From: an uncultured bacterium
Lineage (GTDB): Bacteria; Bacillota; Clostridia; Lachnospirales; Lachnospiraceae
DNA length: 64,000 nucleotides
Assembly: GCA_947381965.1 (NCBI GenBank)
Contig: CANCXX010000014.1
Location: 2,270-66,269, forward strand
Direction: 5' to 3'
Shown here: positions 9,458 through 17,087 of the stretch, piece by piece
Layout of the letters: the number at the start of each line of letters is the position of its first letter
Position numbering within the stretch: position 1 is the first letter of the stretch
Position numbers and translations under genes: made by a program
The notes under the pieces: generated by a model
What the model was told of the DNA's origin: nothing
Database searches by the model: none
What the model saw: only the letters and a program-made list of their open reading frames with translations

Positions 9458-10689
9458 TATCTGCCGCCCACCCATTCTATTTCAGGATAATAATACTCCA
9501 AATACATCAAAACATAATTGATATAATCATCCATAAATTTGGGGATTATTTCAGATGTAAACTTAAGATTTATGGTTTTCAGTTTCCGGTATCCTATCCT
9601 GTCCGATAAATGATTTCTGTACTTGCTGGAATATCTTGCGCATATTTTATCCAGCTTTTCTGCCACTTCACACTGTATGCCTCCATAATCCTTAAAAGGG
9701 CTTACCGCATACATAATATCCCCTTTTGACAAAATCCTTTTATTTCCCAGAGTACTTTTTGTTATCTGGTTGGAAAAGATTTTATGGGATAAATTTAACT
9801 TTTTAATATCTGCACTGTCAAAATCAACCGGGTGATATTCGGCAACAATAAATTCTTCCATTTCATGATCCAGTATCAGGTCTGTGCCTTCCTCTGTAAA
9901 CCGGATATCATAAATAATTGTCTGGTTATTCATAGGAAGGGCATAAGGCCACCTTCCCCCTTTTCCTCTGTCAAAATGATGACGGTATTTTAGTTCGGCT
10001 CCATAGGGCCTTCTGTCCGCAGCTTTCAAAAGGCTGGTATGGGTTACCTTTAAATTCCACAGCAAAACCGCATCCTGGACGGCCGGAATCTTATTTTGAG
10101 AGAAGCGGAAATCTATGTCTTTATCTTCCACATTCTTTGGAATCTGGTCTAATACCTCTGTCACAAAGGATTTCCTCATATAAGGGGAAAAGAGGACTGC
10201 ATTTCCAACCGGATAGCAGGTGGACAACCGGACTGTCAGATCCTGCATTTTTAATAAGCTGTCGTCAAACTTAAGCCTGTATTTAAAGGAATACTCCTGA
10301 TTCTTTATCCGATAGGAGCCTGTATATATCTTTTTCTCCGTCTGGTTGTCGCCGCAGATTTCTTTGATTTCATCATATTCCCCATCCAGAAAAACTATCT
10401 TCCGTGATAAGCTTTGCTCACTCATTACAGATAATCCAATGTGCCCGTAAGCATCCTTATCCCGGAGAGGCACCAGGGCGCAGGTAAAGGCGCCAACAGC
10501 ACAGGGCGGTTTTGGATACAGTATTTCTCTTTTTATCTCTTCCAGAATTTCCTGATTATACTGACACATTCCATGTATCGTGTTTTTCAGAAGCATCCTT
10601 AATGATTCATTTGCTGCCCGGTTGTCAGAGATAAACTCAGAATTATCGATTATATCCGCCAGACGCTCTTCATCTATTCTGTACTTCAA
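9457..10689 (-). CDS. Putative TssF-like baseplate wedge protein
   Basis: 410 aa, overlaps the VgrG-like stop. Helical-looking N-terminus then beta-rich region. Assignment is contextual. Confidence 0.35.
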   Translation of the reverse strand: MKYRIDEERLADIIDNSEFISDNRAANESLRMLLKNTIHGMCQYNQEILEEIKREILYPKPPCAVGAFTCALVPLRDKDAYGHIGLSVMSEQSLSRKIVFLDGEYDEIKEICGDNQTEKKIYTGSYRIKNQEYSFKYRLKFDDSLLKMQDLTVRLSTCYPVGNAVLFSPYMRKSFVTEVLDQIPKNVEDKDIDFRFSQNKIPAVQDAVLLWNLKVTHTSLLKAADRRPYGAELKYRHHFDRGKGGRWPYALPMNNQTIIYDIRFTEEGTDLILDHEMEEFIVAEYHPVDFDSADIKKLNLSHKIFSNQITKSTLGNKRILSKGDIMYAVSPFKDYGGIQCEVAEKLDKICARYSSKYRNHLSDRIGYRKLKTINLKFTSEIIPKFMDDYINYVLMYLEYYYPEIEWVGGR

Positions 10690-12032
10690 TTGATACTCAC
10701 CCCGCCTTTACCATTGATATCCACTTTAGAAGCGGTAATTGCCGCTTTACTTTTTCCATCTGCAAAAAATCCATTGGTCTTTATTTTGGTTTCCGACGCA
10801 ATCTCAATATTCGTCTTGTCCGTATTCAGAAGAATGCTGTTGTGTTCCATCTTTATACGGCTCCTGTCCATTGTGCTGCTTATCCCCTCTTCGTCAATCA
10901 GGATTTCCATTTTATCCCCAAACTTTAGCATCAACTTTTCTTCTGACAGCTCGCATCGGAATTTATGGTTTTCAATGACGGCCTTTTCCTCATTCACAGA
11001 CCCATAAATCTTATCATTCACAAAAAAATACCTGGTGTCGCAATCTTGATATCTGTCATCATATGCCTCTGTGCGTACGGAACTCTGTACTCTGGCCGTT
11101 TTGTCACTTATCCGGACAATTACCGTATCCTTCTTGTGGGGAATACAGGAAATACCCATTTTTTCAGATGCCCACTGGAAACCGGTCTCTATCCACACTG
11201 CCCTGTCCTTCATCACATCCTCATATGGCTCCAGAAATTCCAGCTTTACCCTTCCCATATGGTCCGGGTCATTGTTATCCTGCACCCTTGCCTGCAGATG
11301 ACAGGCGGGCAGTTCCCTGTACACAGGTTCATTGTCCCATTCTGTCAAATGATATTCCCAAACATATTCTTCTTTGATATTTATGTATCTGACAGCGTCT
11401 GCAAAATATGTTTTTCCCTGAATGACCACCTTTTGGCCAAGGGAAAGCTTTTTCTTTATCCTGCAGATACATTCACTGTTTTTTTCCCGCAGGACAAGTT
11501 TCATCTCTGTTATCTCTTCCTCATTAATTGAAACGCTGTCCTTTATGGGGTCCCCAATCCACATATGTTCCCCCGGAAACACATATTTTCCAAGATATGA
11601 CGCCACACGGTTTACAAATTGCCAGTCTGTCTCGTGATTCTGAACAAGAATTTCTTCCACTGCCTCATCACTTAATGCAGAATATTCCACGCCTGACATC
11701 TCTGTGTATTTTATTATATCCGACAGCCGTTTTTCACTGTCCTGGAATATCCTGCACTTTTGTTTCCCATCGAACTTAATCGTACTCCCAAGGACTACTG
11801 CGTCCAGACGGTTTGTATACATGCCTTTTGTAACTGTAATCTCCGTTATGGTTCCGGTAAATCTGAAATCATCATTTTCAATGCTGCAGTCCCCTCCCAG
11901 CTGCCTGGCGCATCCCTCCAGATTTTTATCTGTCACGGAAACGGAAAACCGGCAGGTTTCATGCTCTCCCACTTGCATGCAGCAGGAAAATTTATCAATA
12001 CTTATGATTTGTTCGAATCCGGCAATCTTCAT
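10686..12032 (-). CDS. VgrG-like hub/spike protein (gp27-gp5 type)
   Basis: RIFQD and LVQNHETDWQFVNRVA (late-control-D motif), ARVQDNNDPDHMGRVKLEF and GISCIPHKKDTVIV (gp5 OB-fold), and a beta-repeat C-terminus. Confidence 0.88.
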   Translation of the reverse strand: MKIAGFEQIISIDKFSCCMQVGEHETCRFSVSVTDKNLEGCARQLGGDCSIENDDFRFTGTITEITVTKGMYTNRLDAVVLGSTIKFDGKQKCRIFQDSEKRLSDIIKYTEMSGVEYSALSDEAVEEILVQNHETDWQFVNRVASYLGKYVFPGEHMWIGDPIKDSVSINEEEITEMKLVLREKNSECICRIKKKLSLGQKVVIQGKTYFADAVRYINIKEEYVWEYHLTEWDNEPVYRELPACHLQARVQDNNDPDHMGRVKLEFLEPYEDVMKDRAVWIETGFQWASEKMGISCIPHKKDTVIVRISDKTARVQSSVRTEAYDDRYQDCDTRYFFVNDKIYGSVNEEKAVIENHKFRCELSEEKLMLKFGDKMEILIDEEGISSTMDRSRIKMEHNSILLNTDKTNIEIASETKIKTNGFFADGKSKAAITASKVDINGKGGVSIN

Positions 12033-12041
12033 AAATATCCC

Positions 12042-12473
12042 CTAACAGTCAACTACTATGGTGTCTATGGAACCTTTTCTCTGGCGCATTTTCAGCACAA
12101 ACTTTCCATTGGAATTACTCTTGCTGGTATCTTCATCAAAAAATTCCTGATAGCTGGTGCAGAACATGTCCTTTAAGTAATAATCCCTGATAACATCCGC
12201 ATCTTTCCTGACCACCAGAGAAACGGTTTTGTAAACATTGGTTTTATCTGTCTTCAAGGACCATTCCAGCAGTTCCTTTGTCTGGGACTGTGTTTTGTCC
12301 GTTATTTCACCTTCAATCACCAATGTGTTGAAAAGGCTGGTTGCCTTCTCGTTTGTCTCCAGATTGTCCTGGGCAATCTGAAAGTCTACTTTTTTTATCG
12401 CACTGTTGCCTGTCCCGTTTTCATTAAGGTTGATGGTTCCCGCTTCTCCCTCGATACTTAATTCATATGTCAT
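12042..12473 (-). CDS. Hcp/TssD-like inner tube protein
   Basis: 143 aa. TLVIEGEI...KELLEWSL...YYLKDMFCTSYQEFFD...GKFVLKM parallels the TssD pattern ELLEWM...LEFxDAYCVxYxESF. Lies between the sheath and VgrG genes. Confidence 0.75.
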   Translation of the reverse strand: MTYELSIEGEAGTINLNENGTGNSAIKKVDFQIAQDNLETNEKATSLFNTLVIEGEITDKTQSQTKELLEWSLKTDKTNVYKTVSLVVRKDADVIRDYYLKDMFCTSYQEFFDEDTSKSNSNGKFVLKMRQRKGSIDTIVVDC

Positions 12474-12476
12474 GTC

Positions 12477-14705
12477 TTATTCCTCACTTTCCGTATCATT
12501 AATCACAATGTCGTCCCAGACTTCTTCATCCCTGTTAAACCTTACCACCAGCTTGTGCCTTTCAGGGTCAAGATCAATGCTTTCTCCCTCAAAGAGTATT
12601 CTGTTTGCATACTTTCTTTCCGCATCCTTGTTATCCCGCTTCCAGGCATTTGCATACTCTGCTATAAACCTTTTAACGCTTTCTTCTGTCACGTAATCGC
12701 TGATGGAACGTAGAATCTGATCTACCAGGCTTCTGACCAGCGTCTTATAAAGGCTCTTATATTTTCCGTTGCTGCCCCGTTTCAGCGTCCGGGCATTTAA
12801 AACATAGGAATTATGAAGAACTGCCCCCTCATATATAATCTTGTTATCTGCAAAGACAAATCCAAAACGCTCTTCCATAATCGCATCTTTGGTCTGCTTT
12901 TCCATCTCTGTGGTTGTCTCCCTGTTCATTTTTGTCAATATCCGCTTTGCGTTGTCGCCATCTTCAATATCAAAACGGACACATGGATACTTGGGCTTTA
13001 CCAGATACCCTTTAGATTTCAGCAGTTTATAGTTCTGCATTCCCACCATCATTCCGGCGGCAACATAGGAAGCGTCCAGATAAATACCGGGAATCACTAT
13101 ATAAGCGCCAGTCTCTTTTTGTTCATCGGCATCATATTCCGTTCCGATTTTTACAGCTGTCTTTTCACTGGGCAGAATCGTAAAGTTTGGATAACAAAAT
13201 ACACCATATTCACTGTTTACACTTTCAAAATCTTTCTTATACTCATTTACCTTTGATGCGGTAAGGGCAGTAAATCCGGTTCTTTCGGAAGCCTTATAAT
13301 TGGTAAAAGTCATGATTTTCACTTCTTCCAGCAGTTTTATCATCTCTTTTACCGCCTCTAAGCTTACCAGTCCCCCTGTTTTTTTCTTTCCTGCGGTCCC
13401 CCCCGGACTTCTTTTTGCAAAGGGGTCTATTCTCCCTTTCCCTGTATGGCTCTCCCCTGCGTCACTGCCATAAGCCGTCGCCGGTATTACGCCAAACCAG
13501 ATTTTGTTTACATCCTTTTCCGCACTTAAAGCGCCCAAATAATGCTTAAATCTTCGTTTTGCCAGCTCATCGTTTAAAATCGTGTCAATCTTACAGTTTG
13601 CAATAATTACCGATACATCCTCGGCCAGTGCGCCGTCACAGGAGGCATGGTCAAAAAAAGCTTTCATACCTGCGAATTTTTCAACCACTGCCGATACCGC
13701 CTTTGCAAAGCTTTCAAGACTGCTCATATAAACGTCCTGATACTGTTTTTTGACAGCTTCCAGCTGTGCCTTGTCCTGGGTGGTTAACTGTGCGCTTCCT
13801 CCGGGCGCAAATACATTCACAACCAAATCTCTGACATAGGCATTTTCACGGATTGCAGCCGGCGCATATTCTACAAAGTCATCTCTTAGGACCTCCACTA
13901 ACTGTGTGTTTTCTTCCATCAGCGGCACAGTCATCCCGGCATCATCAGAGACGCTTTGTTCAATCAGAATCAGATTTCCCCGATCATCCAGTGAATAACT
14001 GCATGGAACCGCCCTGCTCCCGTCTGCCCCGGCCGTCTCCTGGGCTGTGTTCATCTTGTCAATCTGGCTCTGTTTATCGGCAATCAGCAGAGGCAAAAGA
14101 GCTAACGGGCTTTTATTCTGGTATTTATCAATAATCTTGTCCCTGCAGGCTATAATATTTTCTGCAAAACGATCTGCCTCCGGATTTGGCACGCCGCCCT
14201 CTGTGAGTCTGTAATATTCCAGTACATTGCTTTTGTAATTTTTTCTTATCCTCTTGCATTCCTCCATTTCAGACTGAGGCGTCAGCGCTTTTTTCAAATC
14301 ATCATAAGAAAAGTCCAGATTCCCTTTATCTGTTGCCGCCTTACGGTCAATCATTGACATTATCATTTTATAAAACGCATGATCCTTCAGCCGAATCTGT
14401 GTACATTCATAGTTTGGTTTTTCCAGTTCATATACAAACTGCGAAGCGCCATCTCCGGTTTTGACCACCGTTTCATATATTGTGGGGGCAAACTTTTCGA
14501 CAAACTCTTCAAAGCTTGTTACCACTAAATCTTCATTTTTACCGTTATCCTTCTTTCCCATTAACGTATTCTTAAACTTTTCTACCGAAATTTCCTGATC
14601 ATCCCGTGTCAGAAGCGTAACCAAATCCGTTATTTCTTTGTTAAATTCCTCAAAAATTATTGTTTTTCCTGTCTGTTTAACAACGTCCAGCGGCTCCATT
14701 GTCAT
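12477..14705 (-). CDS. Contractile sheath-like protein (TssC/gp18-like) with a long N-terminal extension
   Basis: C-terminal half has FCYPNFTILP, YLDASYVAAG, RFGFVF and YVLNARTL, resembling TssC LTLPRFLLR/NAAYAFA/LGFIPL and phage sheath VWGARTL. Lies immediately upstream of the tube gene. Confidence 0.65.
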   Translation of the reverse strand: MTMEPLDVVKQTGKTIIFEEFNKEITDLVTLLTRDDQEISVEKFKNTLMGKKDNGKNEDLVVTSFEEFVEKFAPTIYETVVKTGDGASQFVYELEKPNYECTQIRLKDHAFYKMIMSMIDRKAATDKGNLDFSYDDLKKALTPQSEMEECKRIRKNYKSNVLEYYRLTEGGVPNPEADRFAENIIACRDKIIDKYQNKSPLALLPLLIADKQSQIDKMNTAQETAGADGSRAVPCSYSLDDRGNLILIEQSVSDDAGMTVPLMEENTQLVEVLRDDFVEYAPAAIRENAYVRDLVVNVFAPGGSAQLTTQDKAQLEAVKKQYQDVYMSSLESFAKAVSAVVEKFAGMKAFFDHASCDGALAEDVSVIIANCKIDTILNDELAKRRFKHYLGALSAEKDVNKIWFGVIPATAYGSDAGESHTGKGRIDPFAKRSPGGTAGKKKTGGLVSLEAVKEMIKLLEEVKIMTFTNYKASERTGFTALTASKVNEYKKDFESVNSEYGVFCYPNFTILPSEKTAVKIGTEYDADEQKETGAYIVIPGIYLDASYVAAGMMVGMQNYKLLKSKGYLVKPKYPCVRFDIEDGDNAKRILTKMNRETTTEMEKQTKDAIMEERFGFVFADNKIIYEGAVLHNSYVLNARTLKRGSNGKYKSLYKTLVRSLVDQILRSISDYVTEESVKRFIAEYANAWKRDNKDAERKYANRILFEGESIDLDPERHKLVVRFNRDEEVWDDIVINDTESEE

Positions 14706-14719
14706 TTTGCCATACCTCC

Positions 14720-15253
14720 TTAGTCAATTGGATAAATGTGCATCCCCACAAATTTATGTTCTTCCAGCGCAGACGCTAATTTGCCTGTCACTATAATCTC
14801 AGTGTTTGTTACCCCTGCAAGCTTAAAGATATCATATCTCCCAACCTTATCCCCCTGAATTACAATTTCGTCAGCAGCATTTAAAACTTCATCTATCTCG
14901 CTTTTCTCAAAATCCAGACAGTTAATCCTTGGGGGAAGCGCCAAATAGTACGGCTCTTCCAATCCTGTATCCTTTTTTTGCAGTATCACCTTTTTATAAA
15001 ACAGATTGTCAATGCCAAAACCGTCGAAAAACTCTTTCAGTCTTTCCGATATAAGAGGTATCCCATTTTCATAGATAAAGTCCTGACAAACTGTGCCGCT
15101 GTCTTTGTCCAACTCCCAATAAACCACCGTCTTATCCAGATACTGGAACTCCGACATGGAACAGGGCCTGCTTAAGTATTCCAGATCCGGTCCGGGCTTT
15201 AAATACTCCTCAACATTTGAGGATGAGCCAATGCCGTAATATTTTTCTTCCAT
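14720..15253 (-). CDS. Imm11/DUF1629-like immunity protein
   Basis: DFIYENGIPLISERLKEFF, INCLDFEKS, DIFKL and IIVTGKLASALE. Directly downstream of the AHH nuclease. Confidence 0.8.
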   Translation of the reverse strand: MEEKYYGIGSSSNVEEYLKPGPDLEYLSRPCSMSEFQYLDKTVVYWELDKDSGTVCQDFIYENGIPLISERLKEFFDGFGIDNLFYKKVILQKKDTGLEEPYYLALPPRINCLDFEKSEIDEVLNAADEIVIQGDKVGRYDIFKLAGVTNTEIIVTGKLASALEEHKFVGMHIYPID

Positions 15254-15319
15254 TTTCACACCACTCCTAAAAAACACGCTCTTACAAAAATCATGTCTTA
15301 AAAAGTTGTTATCCTGACT

Positions 15320-16666
15320 TTACCCCTCTGCCTTCGGCTCCCCCTGGCTCATTGCCTGCGGAAATAAAATGTCCTGATAATCTTTTAACACATCATAATA
15401 CGCATAATATAATGCAGTTTTTGAGACAAAAAAGCTGTGGGACTTCTTTGGCTGTGTCTCAAACTTGCGGAGTTTGTCCGCTATTTTTCTGCATATATGA
15501 TTCATAGACGCCGTAAATTCCTCTGCCTGTTCCTGATAGTTTTTTGCTCTGCATCTGCCCTCCCCGGAAAGCTTGTCCCTAAGCTGTCTCAAATACTCAT
15601 CCACTGCCGCCTTATAATCCTTTATGGGTTTACTGTTAATAAACAGGGCGTCTATTTCCTTTTCCAGTCTGTATTTATGGTGCCCTTTATGCCACTGCTT
15701 CCCTAGCTTCTCCATTGCAAGAAAAGCAATCTTTAACCGCACTTCCAAAGTCTTCCCATCATATCCCTGGTTTTTCGTAGGCAGACAGATGCCATTTAAG
15801 GCATTATTTATGTCATAGCCGTAATAATTTGCCAGTTTGACCAGCTCCGGGAACTGTTTAAAGCATTGGTTAACCGGGATAATATGGTGGTGGGCAATAC
15901 TGTAAGTTTCTTTTCCATACAGCGTTGCTGCTATCAGGCTGCAGTCCTTCGCATACAAATCAAATCCCTCTCTGCCCATATTTTCCATCAATGTCTTAGC
16001 GTTTTTGCTCTCGTTCGTCTCTTCCGGCACATAGGATGCGTTCAAATACTGACAGCTATCCGCGTCCTTACAGGCCTTGTAATTGCATAAGGCATATTCA
16101 GCAGTTCTGCTGCCTTGGGAGCCTTCATCCGCCTCCTTTTCTCTCTGCTGTACGTCTGAATTGAAACAGGTATCCGAAGATATGCCGTTTTCCTTTTCAT
16201 GAACAGATTCGCCGGGCCAGCTTTCTCCTTGTGGGCCCGCTGGAGTCCCTGTTTCCGATAATATGCAAATATTAATATCCGGCACATTGTCATTTACATT
16301 GATTGACATATAGGTAGGTTTAAAGGGTTTGACCACTCCCTGTCTGGGGCAGGAAATCCAACAGGAGCTTCCAAGCGCCTTTCTGCCGGAAACCGTAAGA
16401 CCGGAAGGATTGTTCCAGCCCATCCCCGGTATCGAAGCAGCGATGCAGGGAGAGGGCGCGCCGGTCAGCGGGTCAGGCATTAAGTTACACTGTCCCGGAT
16501 GGGGCGGTCCAATCAGACCAAGTCCACAGTCATCCGCCAAAACCCCGGCTCCTTTTACAGAGGTTTTCCAATCGCTGTTTAAAGCTTTGAACCAGACGGC
16601 ATTTCCGCTCTGGCACTTGAATTTGGTATTTTTATTCAAATAAATGTTTCCCAGTTCAATCACCAC
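15320..16666 (-). CDS. PAAR-like (DUF4280) spike-tip protein fused to an AHH-family HNH nuclease toxin
   Basis: N-terminus YLNKNTKFKCQSG...C...PCI...W...VSGRKAL...ISCPRQGVV, then an acidic linker, then IAHHHIIP...GYDINNALNGICLP...WHKGHH. Confidence 0.88.
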   Translation of the reverse strand: MVIELGNIYLNKNTKFKCQSGNAVWFKALNSDWKTSVKGAGVLADDCGLGLIGPPHPGQCNLMPDPLTGAPSPCIAASIPGMGWNNPSGLTVSGRKALGSSCWISCPRQGVVKPFKPTYMSINVNDNVPDINICILSETGTPAGPQGESWPGESVHEKENGISSDTCFNSDVQQREKEADEGSQGSRTAEYALCNYKACKDADSCQYLNASYVPEETNESKNAKTLMENMGREGFDLYAKDCSLIAATLYGKETYSIAHHHIIPVNQCFKQFPELVKLANYYGYDINNALNGICLPTKNQGYDGKTLEVRLKIAFLAMEKLGKQWHKGHHKYRLEKEIDALFINSKPIKDYKAAVDEYLRQLRDKLSGEGRCRAKNYQEQAEEFTASMNHICRKIADKLRKFETQPKKSHSFFVSKTALYYAYYDVLKDYQDILFPQAMSQGEPKAEG

Positions 16667-16709
16667 CTGCCATATCTTGGGAATTGTAAACTAAGATAAT
16701 CCCCTTTTT

Positions 16710-16738
16710 ATTATAGGTGTAAAATTGTTTAATAGCAA
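16710..16738 (-). promoter_or_regulatory. Sigma-A-type promoter of the T6SS-like operon
   Basis: Minus strand reads TTGCTA-N17-TATAAT. Confidence 0.7.
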
Positions 16739-16753
16739 TAGAATCGAAAATCA

Positions 16754-16782
16754 TAATGCAAAATCAGCCGTAATGCAAAATC
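16754..16782. promoter_or_regulatory. Direct-repeat operator candidate just upstream of the -35
   Basis: TAATGCAAAATC at 16754-16765 and again at 16771-16782. Confidence 0.5.
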
Positions 16783-16951
16783 GATTTTATAAAAAGAACC
16801 CAAGTCTTTTCTCTTCATTATAATATAGGATACCCTGTAATCCTAGCCCGAAATTTGCTTTTCCTCAATATACCTCCCAATATCCCCACTGCCACAAAAC
16901 TTCATCCGTCCGCAGCAGCCCAAAAAACCTTTATCTCTCAGATAAAAAAAG

Positions 16952-16988
16952 AAAAACCCTGTAACTGCCTAAACAATCACAAGGTTTT
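16952..16988 (-). terminator. gltBD terminator
   Basis: Minus strand reads AAAACCTTGTGATTG-TTTAGG-CAGTTACAGGGTTTTT, a hairpin with G-U pairs and a U tract. Confidence 0.6.
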
Positions 16989-17087
16989 AATCGTTTTTCC
17001 ATTATTTCCCCAATACTGTCCATTTCCATGAGAAAATAGATTCGCACTCTGAGGGAAAAGGGGCGTATCAGAAGATACCATAACCTG

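Noticed and set aside
15272-15282. AAACACGCTCT between the toxin and immunity genes, matching part of the 52.1-kb inverted repeat
   Set aside because: Only 11 bp with no partner repeat; could be chance.
5429-16666. Prophage or PBSX-like tailocin
   Set aside because: No capsid, terminase, integrase, tape-measure, tail-fibre or lysis genes. A fused VgrG plus a PAAR-toxin/immunity pair fits a T6SS/CIS better.
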